This document shows, piece after piece, positions 1-11,908 of a stretch of 64,000 nt of DNA. This DNA is from Octopus vulgaris. Lineage: Eukaryota. Under the pieces are notes generated by a model that saw only the letters and a program-made list of their open reading frames with translations, searched no databases and was not told where the DNA came from. Made by a program: the position numbers and the translations under genes. The stretch covers positions 62,992,001-63,056,000 of the forward strand of contig OX597825.1 of the NCBI GenBank assembly GCA_951406725.2, read 5' to 3'. Numbering within the stretch: position 1 is the stretch's first letter; each line of letters begins with the position of its first letter.

Positions 1-640
1 TTTTTCCATGGAGTCAGTCTTCATAACGCATCTCTTTGAAATGAACATTTTAAAAAATAATTTACCACACTACCAATTTACATCTGTTTCCATGCAATTA
101 CACTCTTGAAGAATTCCTACATATTATTACTACATTTCTTTCTTTTCATCCTTTCAATCATTATTGCTACATTTGCTCTCAGCCAGAATCACGACTACTA
201 ATTCTCTCTCTCTCTCTTTTCCTTTTTTTCTCTCCCTCTCTTCCTTCTCTCTCTCCCTTTATCTTTCCCACACTTTCTCACTTTCTCCCACCCTCTCTCT
301 CTTTTGTTTTTTACATCCTTTCAAGCTTCCCAACTTACACAAATAGTCAATAATTTATTTTCATGCTCTGTGGCTATATTCTTACCAGTTATTCATTATT
401 TTGCTCTTTGTGTATTCTCCGGTAGCTTTAGTCAGCTTCATATCTGCTTTTTCCTATTTTATTTTTTATGTTTTTTACCTTTGATTTAGAATCTCCTTTA
501 AAGAAAGTTCAAGCATCAAGACATCCAATTCTTAACATTCTATACTGGCTTACTGCATGACACAAGTAACCCTGTTGAAAGAATGCTAAACTAAAGACAA
601 CCGACTGCTGTTCGCATCCCGTCTTTATCATTGCGTAATA

Positions 641-1058
641 CCTATTTCTTTACTACCCACAAGGGGATAAACACAGAGGAGACAAACAAGGACAGACAGA
701 CGGATTAAGTCGATTATATGGACCCCAGTGCGTAACTGGTACTTAATTTATCGACCCTGAAAGGATGAAAGGCAAAGTCGACCTCAGCGGAATTTGAACT
801 CAGAACGTAGCAGCAGACGAAATACCTATTTCTTTACTACCCACAAGGGCTAAACACAGAGGAGACAAACAAGGACAGACTGATGGATTAAGTCGATTAT
901 ATGGACCCCAGTGTGTAACTGGTACTTAATTTATCGGCCCCGAATGGATGAAAGGCAAAGTCGACCTCAGCGGAATTTGAACACAGAACGTAGCAGCAGA
1001 CGAAATACCGCTAAGCATTTCACCCGGCGTGCTAACGTTTCTGCCAGCTCGCCGCCTT
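641..1058 (-). mobile_element. tRNA-derived SINE family A (Meta-domain-like), head-to-tail dimer
   Basis: Minus strand has a GGCGGCGAGCTGGCAGAA..GTTAGCACG head, a GTTCAAATTCC B box, a GCCTTTCATCC..GGGGTCGATAAATTAAGTACC-like core and a GTAAAGAAATAGG tail. The body is repeated twice. Confidence 0.85.
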
Positions 1059-1314
1059 CTTATTGTGTAATACCAAAGAGTAAGATGTTTAACTCCTAAA
1101 TGGCCCAGAACACTTGAATGTAATTAAAGACTTTGTGCAAAAGCTTAGCAGAAGTTTGATAACAGATGGTTAAAACAGTTCCTGCATGGAAGAACAGAAT
1201 TCTCTGTGGCCTATAATGCTCGTTAATTATTGTGTGATGCCAAAAATGTCTTTGATTCCTGTGTGCTGTGAAGCAACATCTGCCATGATTCTGACATGCT
1301 AGTTGAGTTTCTTT

Positions 1315-2117
1315 TATCTTTTATGTTTTCCATGTTTCAGTCAATTAACTGCGGCCAGGCTGGGGCAACACCTTGAAGAATCTTTAGTTGTATGAATTGC
1401 TTGCAGTACTTTTCTGTTTTTTTTAATTTATTCTGTTGATCCCTTTTGCTAAACTGCTAAGTTACAGGGATGTAAACACACCACCACCAGTTATCAAGTG
1501 GTGGTGAGAGACAAATACAGACACAATCACACACACACACACGACAAGCTTCATTCAGTCTCAGATCAATTTGTAAGGCTTTGGTCAGTCCAAGGCTATT
1601 GTAGAAGACACTTGCCAAAAGGGCCACACAGAGGGACTGAGTCTGGAACTATGTAGATTGAAAGCAAGCTTCTTATTTCTTTATTGCCCACAAGGGGCTA
1701 AACATAGAGGGGACAAACAAGGACAGACAAAAGGATTAAATCGATTATATCGACCCCAGTGCATGACTGGTACTTAAATTATCGACCCTGAAAGGATGAA
1801 AGGCAAAGTCGACCACAGCGGAATTTGAACTCAGAACATAAGGGCAGATGAATGACCTATTTCTTTACAACACACAAGGGGCTAAATACAGAGAGGACAA
1901 ACAAGGACAGACAAATGTATTAAATCAATTATATCGGCCCCAGTGCATAACTGGTACTTAATTTATTGACCCTGAATGGATGAAAGGCAAAGTCGATCTT
2001 GGCAGAATTTGAACTCAGAATGTAGCGGCAGACGAAATACCGCTAAGCATTTCACCTGGCGTGTTAACGTTTCTGCCAGCTCGCTGCTTTCTTACAACAC
2101 AGCCATGCCTGCACCTA
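1315..2117 (-). mobile_element. CORE-type tRNA SINE family B with nested family A dimer (about 1674-2090)
   Basis: Matches the family B copies at 60174 and 32773, and is interrupted by two family A bodies. Confidence 0.75.
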
Positions 2118-3089
2118 TTTTTCTTGAATTATTTTAAAAATCCAAGTCAGATTGATGAGTTGATGCCTTGAAAATGAAATAGTGAGTAGAAATGGTAAAA
2201 TAGTAAAATGGTTATTGCATAGCTTGAGCCAGCCTATGGATATCAAAGGAGTAACAGGTGAAATTGCAGTGGCTGTTGTAGTGGGCAGTGGTATTGGGAT
2301 CGGGGATGGTGGTGGCAGTGGTGGTGGTGGTGTCTCTGCCGGCAGTGGTGGTGAAGGCAGCAGCAGTGGCAGTAGCCATTAGTACTGATGGTGGTAGCAG
2401 CAGGGATGGTAGTGGTGGTGATGGTAGTAGTAGTAGTAGTAGTAGGAGTTGTAGCTGCCGTGCTTACCCTCCAGGCATGCACCAAGGAGCTGCATTCAAG
2501 ACTTAATAATGGTCTTGAGTTAAAACAAAAATAGAAATTAGAAGCTGATAAAATCATGCTCAGGTGTAAGAAAAATTACTCTCAGCTTTTAAGAGGTAAC
2601 CAACAGGTAGAACAAGGAAATTACTTTATTGTACTTTATGAAAGATTGCCATTTTGTTGCAAATATAATTGTAGCTTAATTTTAATTAAAATATTCAGTC
2701 TCATTTGAAACTCAGCTTATTCAAGGAAATGAAAATTTGTTTTCATCTCCTGAGAAGCAACTAGAATGTAATGAAGACTATTTTGTCATGTTCCCCAAAA
2801 GAACAACCATTTGTTCGAAATACTAATCTAGTTTCATTTTAATTGGAATGGTATAATCAGATATTTCATATCTTGTTCAGCATTAAAATAATATATTACC
2901 CAATATGATTAATTATTATTTTGGTTTTTTCTTTTTTTGAGAAAAGATGCTATGTAAAAGAAACAAGTGAATTATTTATTTTTATAAATTAGAAAAACAT
3001 TAGCAGAAAAAAAAAATACTGGCTAGACTAAAATAAAAAGAAAGAAAAAAAATCTTTGTTGGCCTAATGTTTTCTGAAGCACATTTCCT

Positions 3090-3678
3090 GCATACCTTTC
3101 CTTCTTTGGACACAAAACTTTGGTGCGAAGACATGTTCAGGTAAGTGAAATTGAAACTGAATTTGAAATCGAACCGAATTCGACCACTGGCACCCATGCC
3201 AATCTCCCTTCATTGGACACTAAACTCTGCTTGCGAAGACCTGTTGGGGCAAATGAAATTGAAATTGAACCAAATTCAATGACTGACAGAGCAGCTGTCT
3301 GGCTTCTGTGCTGGTGGCACGTAAAAAGCACCATTTGACCGTGATTGTTACCAGCGTCGCCTTACTGGCATGTGAAAAACATTCGAGTGAGGTTTTTGCC
3401 AGTGCCGCTGGACTGACTCCTGTGCAGGTGGCATGTAAAAACACCATTTCAAGCGTGGTTGTTGCCAGTACCACCAGACTGGCCATCGTACTGGTGGCAT
3501 GTAAAAGCACCCACTACACTCTCGGAGTGGTTGGCGTTAGGAAGGACATCCAGCTGTAGAAACTCTGCCAGATTAGATTGGAGCCTAGCGCCGCCATCTG
3601 GTTCGCCAGTCCTCAGTCAAATCGTCCAACCCATGCTAGCATGGAAAGCGGACGTTAAATGATGATGATGATGATGAT
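3090..3678 (+). mobile_element. SINE/non-autonomous retroposon family C with (GAT)n tail
   Basis: GGTGGCACGTAAAAAGCACC sub-repeats, GTTGGCGTTAGGAAGG.CATCC and CCCATGCTAGCATGGAAAGCGGACGTTAAATGATGATG. Related copies near 17040, 18470, 19845, 30520, 37500 and 50043. Confidence 0.7.
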
Positions 3679-4149
3679 AAGAATTCACTTTTTGGGCATT
3701 GTTTCGCATGGGCTAGAGTAGAAACCACTTACCCAAGAAACCATGTATTAGCATTGAACCTGAATCTCCATGGTTGTAAAAAGCTTCTTGACCTTACACC
3801 CATGCCTGCACCTGTTCTTGCTATTGTTAAATAATCCCAGCTCTGGTCATCCTTGTTTTTTTTTTTAATCTGATACATCCAGGGCAGATTATCCAGTGTA
3901 ATTTGCTTTATTTCAAAATGACAGTGTGTGTGATTCAAGGATTATTGAACTGATATTTCTCAAAGGTCAGATGATTGTATTGAAGTGGCACATTTAGCTT
4001 GTATTTCCTGTAATGTTAAGGTGATGTGAGACATATCACACTCTGGGGATCTGGAAAGAATAATGATTCAATCAAATTCCATCATAGATGAAATCTTTTT
4101 TAGATTTTGGTACTGAATCTTTGAATAAGTGAGGTAAGTAAATGGGAAT

Positions 4150-4457
4150 AAATACATTATTTACATTCGACAGATACTTGTCCTCATCTTGTTTGTTGTT
4201 AACACAACGTTTCAATTGATATACTCTCCAGCCTTCATCAGGTGTCTTGGGGAAATTTCGAAACTGGGTTCTTATTCCTAAGGTATTTTTTGATGTTGTT
4301 GTTGTTGTTGTTGTTGTTATTATTATTATTATTATTTTTATTATTATTATTATTTTTATTATTATTTGTATTATTATTATTATTATTCAGCTCACTGCCT
4401 GGAATCGAACTTGGAATCTTGGGGCTTGTAGCCCGCACTCTTAACCACTATGCCATA
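4150..4457 (-). mobile_element. tRNA-headed element family E with (AAT)n spacer and hammerhead-like tail
   Basis: A box TGGCATAGTGG and B box AGTTCGATTCC at 4388-4457, then (AAT)n, then ACAC-CTGATGA-A-GGCTG..GAAA-CG-TT-GTGT. Second copy at 23697-24228. Confidence 0.75.
4202..4245 (-). ncRNA. minimal type I hammerhead ribozyme-like motif (stem II decayed in this copy)
   Basis: Stem I ACAC/GUGU, core CUGAUGA, stem II GGCUG/CAAUU (CAGCU at 24132), GAAA, palindromic ACGU in place of stem III. Confidence 0.6.
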
Positions 4458-5404
4458 AACTCTTTGACAAGGCAAAAAATACAAAACAAGAAATGAAATA
4501 AATTTCGCTGTCAGCCTTGACATGTATTTGTCCAGTGTTTTACTTAGTCAGATTACAGGTATGGAGTAGAAGAGAAAGAGAGAGAGGAGAGTGAAGGAGA
4601 GAAGGGGGAGAGCTTTGGTAGGAGTTTAATTCATTTTTAGGATTGTTCATCTGCTATTGGCTCCTACCAGGTACCCGACTCTGACCTGATATGTGACTCT
4701 TTAATCTGTCTATTTGCATCAGTGCCCAACATTTTGGGTGAGCAACAAAGTTCATAGAAAGGCTAAACCAGGATGGGAGTAATTGATGAATCTTAAATCC
4801 TCATTGAAATTCTTAAAGAGTTGCTACCCTTTAGAATGTCCCCCCCCCACCACCACCACTCTGTTCTGTTCAATCAGTATACTTCATACACCCACTCACA
4901 ACCTCCCTTCTCCTACCATCTATCTTTCACCACTCCATGAAGCCCACATTGTTGTCCAATCCCCATACACTTCAGTCCTCCATGATATCCATCCCTTCAT
5001 CACTTGCAGTATGTTCTCCTCTGAGTTACCTCTATTACTACCAAACACCAACTCTTATCATTATCTCATTAATCCACTCTTACACTGTAGCAAGTTAGAA
5101 TCTTAAGGAATCTACAGCAAAAACCCAATCATCAGTGGTCAAGTTTCGAGAATCAAAATGGTAATGTCCAGCAAAGTTGCAGTAATATTGTGAATTATGT
5201 AGACCACACTGGTTTTCCTGCTGCATCCTTGATATATCTCTAGTCATGTCAGCCAATCTTGCCACAGTTCCCAGAAATCAGGTATTAGAGAACGGAGCTA
5301 GTCATCTGGCACAATCTTCTCCCTATAATCCAAGCTCAGTACAATAAGAGCTTGAACTTTTTGGAAACTCAGGTAGATGATAGAAGTCTCTTAGATTCAT
5401 GGAT

Positions 5405-5957
5405 GTGATATTACATGCATATGACACATGCCAAGAGCGTTGCCTAAATATCTTTCACCTGCACTGCCACTGGAAAATCCTTGGCATCAAATGGCAGAAT
5501 CATGTCCACAACAAAGATGTCCTCAAGCAAACAGGAATACCAAGTATTTTTGCACTTATCAAACAAAGACGTATGAGATGGCTTGGACATGTTAACCATA
5601 TGGAAGATGGCAGAATCCCCAAAGATATACTCTACGGAGAGCTTGCTAGGGAACTAGGTCTATGGGAAAACTGTTCTTACAATACAAGGATGTTTGCAAA
5701 AGGGACATGAAGGCCTGCAAGATCAATATTAGCAACTGGGAAGCAGTTGCCAGCAACCATGGAGATTGGCGATGTACCGTAAAAGAGGGAACACAAAGGA
5801 GTGACAGAGGGAGAGAGGAGAAATGGAAAGACAAGAAAAGACGTCAACAAGAAACTACAACATTACAACCAGTCAGGCAAAGTCTTCATTACATTTGCGG
5901 CACCTGCCAAAGGGAGTGTTTGTCCAGGATAGGACTACACAGCCACAGCAGGAGATG
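5405..5957 (+). mobile_element. RTE (BovB-like) LINE 3' fragment, frameshifted
   Basis: QRRMRWLGHVNHMEDGRIPKDILYGEL and C-terminal CGTCQRECLSRIGLHSHSRRC, split across ORFs 5399 and 5662. Confidence 0.9.
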
Positions 5958-6460
5958 TCTTCTTCTTCTTCTTACACATTCACCCAGGGTGGGTTGAGCT
6001 GGCTTTATTCATCCTCAATGCTGCATCTCTCACAAATGCCGACCAGGCCTGGCGATTTGAGGCTAACGACCACATGATCTCCAACCACTCCTAATTCCAG
6101 CAGTGAACGCCATAGATATGGGGGCCTAGGCTGGGTTCCAGATCAGCCTTGACTCTCATCAGCCAGGTTTTTCATTGTCTACCACATCGCTTTCGCCAAC
6201 CCTGAAGGGGAGCTGGGGCAATTGTTTCGTAGATGAATTCTCCTGGTTGACAATGGAGGGCATGACCCAGCCAACGCAGACGTCTCGTTAGGATGACTTG
6301 TCGGAGGGGGATGATTCTGCACTGGTGTCGCACTGAATTGTTGGAGACAAAGTGATGCCATCGGACATGAAGGATGCAGCGTAGACAGAGGTGATCAAAG
6401 GATTCTAGTCGCTTAATATCTTCCACCCTCATTGGCCATGACTCACTGCCATAAAGGAGA
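5958..6460 (-). mobile_element. RTE LINE 3' fragment with (GAA)n tail, tail-to-tail with previous element
   Basis: LYGSESWPMRVEDIKRLESFDHLCLRCIL..RRLRWLGHAL, with stops downstream. Confidence 0.9.
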
Positions 6461-6686
6461 TGTATTAGGACATGAAATATAAAAGCTGGACTAGATTATT
6501 TTATGTGCAATTCCATTGTCTCCCAAGAAAAAAAAGATGCCAACAATGACTATGAAATACCACCAATTCCATAGTTTTCTCAGCTGAAAGAGCATGAGAT
6601 GACTTGTAAGGTTTAGTAATGATAGGTGCAGTTATAATTCTCTTGTTAATTAGATGTTTATATCCCTCACTTCTTTACTTTATCAG

Positions 6687-6898
6687 CGATTTGGAGATGG
6701 AATTGTGGTCATCTTTATAAAGGAAGAACAAGATTCAATCAGCTATTCAATAAGTACACAGCGAAGATAAAATTTAAACTTGATTATTTTCCTTCTCGTG
6801 TAACAATGTTGCGACTTATTCAGGTTGAACAAAATGAAGCAAATAAAATAATAGCAGAAAGGAGAAACTCCAATGAGGAAATAACATTATCAAAATAG
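6687..6898 (+). CDS. candidate terminal coding exon, unknown product (possibly pseudogenic)
   Basis: Polypyrimidine acceptor cttctttactttatcag, then 69 open codons IWRWNCGHLYKGRTRFNQLFNKYTAKIKFKLDYFPSRVTMLRLIQVEQ..SK*. A phase-compatible donor t|gtaagg lies near 6605. Confidence 0.35.
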
Positions 6899-8912
6899 AA
6901 AAAAGAAAAGAATTTGTGAGGAAAAATTAATGCAATGTTGAGAGCTTTCAGTTAAAATAGAAAGAAATGTGCAAGAAAAATTGAGAATGATATGTTAACA
7001 GAAGATACAAAAGCTAAGTTTGCCAAAACAGAATTAAGTCAATACAATAGATTTAAAATCCTGATTAATTCTCAAAATAAACAAATAGAGGATTCAATAC
7101 AAATGTGAACTTTATATATTGTGAATTATATAGTACTATGGATAGAAATTCACAATGAACTTTGGCAAGAAAAATACTCTTATATATAATTTGTTTTTTC
7201 TTGAATTATTTATTTCACTTTTAAAAATAATTCAAGGAAAGAAAGAAGATATAATAGAATATTGTTTTTTTTATTAAATTAATTCAAACTTAATTTTCAG
7301 CTTGAAATATAATTCTATATATTTCTTTTATTTTCATTTATCATTTTAGAAGCAAAATATTCTTTTTAGATTTTTTTTTTTTTTTGCTGCTGAAATATAA
7401 ACAAGAATGTTTAGATGGCAGTGAAGTTAATCCATGTAAAAGTGTTGAAAGATAGAAAAAAAAAAAGTTAAAAAATAAATCAATTAAAATGTAAGTTACT
7501 ATCAAGATAATCTAAATAAAATAATTCCAGTTTAAATTGGGAACATTATTATTGTTGTTGTTGGTGCTCTTCTTCTTCTTCTCCTCCTCCTCCTCCTCCC
7601 CCTCCTCTTCCTTCTCCTCCTCCTCCTCCTCCTCATTATTATTATGATTATTATTGATATTATTAGGGTGGCTAGCTAGCAGAATTGTTAGCATGCCAAG
7701 TGAAATGCTAAGCACTGTTTCATCTGTCTGAACATTCTGAGTTCAAATACTACCTAAAGTCGAATTTGCTTTTTGTCCTTTTGGGGTCGATAAATTAAGT
7801 ACCAGTTTGAGTACTGGGGTCGACATAATCGACCATCCTCCTCGCCAAAATTTCAGGCCATGTGCCTATAGTATAAAGGATTGTTATAATAATAATAAAA
7901 ACTTTTATTATTGTATATTTGTATGTGTGTGTGTGTGTGTGTGTATTATGTATATATAAGTTTGATGGACATATTTATTTCCTGTCTACCAAATCCACTC
8001 AAATGTCAGTGTTTGGCCTGGGATTATACTAAAAGATGCTGGCTCAAAATGCCACACGGGATTGAACAGGAAACTATGTAATCAGGAAGTGAACTTCTTG
8101 ACCACAAAGCCAACCACCACGCCTGTGTTCATAAAAGCAAGAGCCACATTTATTCCAGAGTAATGGAAGTTAATGACAATGTAAACTAAATGTAAACTCA
8201 GAATGTTATAATATTAGACTAATAAGCAATCAGACTATTATTTTATTGTCTGACTCACCAGTAATTTGAATTAATAAATCAAAAATTACATTCTCATATT
8301 TAGTGATTTGACATGTTACTATTAATTAATTAGTGAGTATTTTTCAAACAGTATAACTATATATATTTCAATAAGAGCATAGTGGTTTTGTTATTTGTTT
8401 GACTATATAGATTCTTATTTAATACTCATCAAATATATTACATTAATTATTATTGTTTGGACGTATTCCAGAAGCTAAGTAAATATGACGTTCTCGCTGT
8501 TGTTAGAATTATTGTTGTTGTAGATGCCGTTGTTTAGCCCCGGGTCAGGTCTAGGAGCCAAACAACACAAATTTCTCTTGCTTCTTCACCACACAAATAA
8601 AGAGCAAATTTTGAGATGTAAAATTCTATACTACTCACAGCAACTGAATTCATTGATGCCGCCTATGATCAGAGAAATCCCAGCTGCAATCATCTTATCT
8701 GTCTCTGTTTTTCCCACATTAGGTGCTTGTGTATCTATCTGTTTGTCTGTCTGTTTGTCTGTCTGTTTGTTTGTCTGTCTGTCCATCCATTGGTCGTTCC
8801 ATCTATCTATCTATTTATACATATAGGGTGAAACATAATTAATGAAATAAAATCAACAAATTTCACCTAGTAGTATTTCGGTATTGAAAAGGACCATAAT
8901 CGGTAAAAACTT

Positions 8913-9242
8913 ATATAATTATAACAATATGGGTTATTTGCAACAAGTTGCTTAACCACGTACCGAAAATTTTAGAAATAGCAGCCAAAAGACTACTATT
9001 TCCTTTTACTACAAAAATAAGTCTCCACAGACAACAATATTTGTAACTCACATATGCCAAACATTTTTGTAACTCACATATGGCAAAAATTTTTTTGCCA
9101 TATATGAGTTACAAATATTGTTGTCTGTAGAGACATATTTTTGTAGTAAAAGGAAATAGTAGTCCTTTGGCTGCTATTTCTAAACTTTTCGGTATGTGGT
9201 TAAGCAACTTGTTGCAAATAATCCTTATTGTTATAATTATAT
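8913..9242. repeat. foldback inverted repeat (arms about 140-160 bp), probable Penelope-like inverted remnant
   Basis: GTTATTTGCAACAAGTTGCTTAACCACGTACCGAAAA.. is mirrored by ..TTTTCGGTATGTGGTTAAGCAACTTGTTGCAAATAA. Centre GGCAAAAATTTTTTTGCC. Confidence 0.85.
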
Positions 9243-9295
9243 CTATCTATTTATGTATCTGTCTATCCTTCTGATATATTCTCCTATTTTTTTTT

Positions 9296-9762
9296 TTTAC
9301 TTGTTTCAGTGATTTGATTGGAGCCAAGCTTAAATGGTTTAAATGGCTTTTTAATCAGTAATCAGTGGTTCAGTAATTTCACTTTGGCCATGCTGTAGCA
9401 CTGCTTTAAAGGGTGTTAGTGAAACAAATTGACCTCAGGACTTAATTTTTAAGCCTAGTACTTATTATAATGGCCTCTTTTGCTGAACTGCTAAGTTACA
9501 GGAAGGTAAACATACCAACACTGGTTGTCAAGCAGTGATGTGAAGACAGACACAAAGCCACACACATAGATACATGCATATATATATATATAAACAGTAG
9601 ATTTCTTTCAGTTTCTGTTTACCAAATCCACTCATGAAGCTTTGGTTACCCTGAGTCTATAGTAGGAGACTCTTACCTAAAGTGCTATGCAATGGGACTG
9701 AACCTACTGGAACTATGCGGTTGGGAAGCAAGCTTCTTACCACACAGACACTACTGTGCCTA
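9296..9762 (-). mobile_element. SINE family B, diverged
   Basis: Similar to the 60174-60581 copy along its length. Confidence 0.75.
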
Positions 9763-9950
9763 TATATTAAGATATTGGCCTAAGACAATGGTAGAGTTGA
9801 ACATTATGGGAGTTTAGGTCACAAGAGTTCTATAAAAGACCGCTTGAGAAATGTTCATATTAGTTAAGATATATGCTGGTATTCTCCTAGAACAGTCATA
9901 TGGACATGCAATTGCCCAAGGCAAATGAATGGTCCTAATAATCAATATAA

Positions 9951-10002
9951 CTTTATCAAGATTATACATTGTTGCCACCAACGATGTATAATCTTGATAA
10001 AG
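9951..10002. repeat. 52-nt hairpin, 24-bp arms
   Basis: CTTTATCAAGATTATACATTGTTG-ccac-CAACGATGTATAATCTTGATAAAG, one G-U wobble. Confidence 0.9.
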
Positions 10003-10148
10003 ATTTTTTCCTTTAAACCTTCTAAACACAATAGTCTACTTCAATAGCTGACCATATATTCAATGTCAAGAAAGACAGAGCACCATATAATAATGGAATG
10101 CTATGGATGGTCCTTCAGAAACAATGTAACTCTATAAAGATATACATT

Positions 10149-10500
10149 GTTAAGTTAAGTTAAGTTAAGCAAGGCCATGTAGGGGGACATGGTGTTATGT
10201 ACAGGGAGGGTGTTCATGCAAAGAGTTCAGGCCATTTCTGGTCAAGAGAGACTTTGAACCGAGCGGTTGTCGGCATCTTCACTATCTTGTCCGGCAGCTT
10301 ATTCCACGGATCCGCAACCCGGACGGAGAAAGCCCCTCTCCTTTGATTGAGATGAAATCGTCGCAGATACAGCTTTTTGCAGTGACCCCGCAGCCGACGA
10401 TCTGGAGCAGGAGTGAAGAACAGCTCTTTTGGGAGGTTATACTTTCCGCTTATGATGTTGTGATACCACCACCCAACCGGATCTCTTTTAAATCTGCTAA
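10149..10500 (-). mobile_element. CR1-clade LINE 3' end with (TAACT)n tail
   Basis: RRLRGHCKKLYLRRFHLNQRRGAFSVRVADPWNKLP..FKVSLD is a typical CR1 ORF2 C-terminus. Confidence 0.9.
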
Positions 10501-10501
10501 G

Positions 10502-10790
10502 CATCATCATCATCATCATTGTTCGACCGTGGTCGAGACAATGGAATTTACTATGTTACGCCAGACTTCACGGTCCATCATAGCATTACAGAAGTCCTGT
10601 TGCTGGATGCCTGTATCCCTGGAGATTACATCAGGGTAGGAGAGTGTGCACCCTCTGGTATTGCGAGTAGATGGCTTCCAGAGGAGAAGAGTAGAAATTA
10701 CCTCTTTTTCAGCTCTACAACAATGTCCAGCAAACTGGACTCTCCTACCTTTCATAAGAGATGACACAGGTGGTAGTTTCCCTGCTAACC
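10502..10790 (-). mobile_element. RTE-clade LINE 3' end with (TGA)n tail
   Basis: LPPVSSLMKGRRVQFAGHCCRAEKEVISTLLLWKP..AMMDREVWRNIV*. Confidence 0.85.
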
Positions 10791-10899
10791 ATAATAGTCT
10801 ACTTAAATAACTGACTACATACACAACGTTAAGAAAAACTGAGTACCACATAATACCGGAGTGCCATGCCAGGGAGGTCACATCCCATGTTTGTTATGC

Positions 10900-11450
10900 T
10901 CAAAAGAGTCCATACAAACCCTATTATATAATCCACTGCAAATACTGAACAGACAAAATAAATCATTTACCACTTGCATCCACGGATGTTTTGAAACTCC
11001 AATTCTATCACAAATCTAAATTTGCACTTAGAATCTCCCCACATAATCCTCTTCCAGATAAAATATAGGTGCATTATATGCTTGCTTAATTTGATTTAAT
11101 TTAATTTAATCAATGGTGTACCACTTTATTCCTCATCTTATATGATGATTATCAATCTACATATTCTACATCAATCTCTGAAATGCTTATTTACATCCCT
11201 TATTCTAAATTTACCACTTACTCAAACATCATATAATACCATATTACATAATTCCTTATTTCATTCAATGTTCTGCTTCAAATTCCAATAAAATGATTTA
11301 ACTAAATATTATAATCAAGCAACCACTTATTGATATTTTCAGTTAATGTATAAATTTTAAGATCTTACAATTTATTTCTATGCTGCTCCTATACACACAT
11401 TGAACCATTTTTATACTTTCCATTAAGCTTGCAGTTTTAAATATTAAATC
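10900..11450 (-). mobile_element. possible highly decayed L1/Tx1 ORF2 remnant
   Basis: Only fragmentary motifs (FYWNLK, GKFRIRDVNKHFR, VVNDLF) with many stops. Confidence 0.25.
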
Positions 11451-11856
11451 CTTATTCTTACAATAAATGAATTCTTTTACTCTTTTACTCTTTTACTTGT
11501 TTCAGCCATTTGACTGTGGCCATTCTGGAGCACTGCCTTTAGTTGAGCAAACCGACCCCAGGACTTATTCTTTGTAAGCCTAGTACTTATTCTATCGGTC
11601 TCTTTTTGCCAAACTGCTAAGTTACAGGGACGTAAATACGCCAGCATCGGTTGTCAAGTGATGTTGGAGGGACAAACACAAACACACAAACACAAACACA
11701 CACACACACACACACACATATATATTGTTTAAATATTGAACTCATTTTATTCTCATATTTCATGTTGTTTACTGTTGGTGATGTCCTGTACCCATATATG
11801 CATATGTGTACATGCTAGCATGGAAAACGGATGCTAAACGATGATGATGATGATGA

Positions 11857-11904
<48 letters not shown>

Positions 11905-11908
<4 letters not shown>

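Noticed and set aside
4641-5400. Coding-like stretch after a good acceptor
   Set aside because: Multiple stops in all frames and no recognisable protein.
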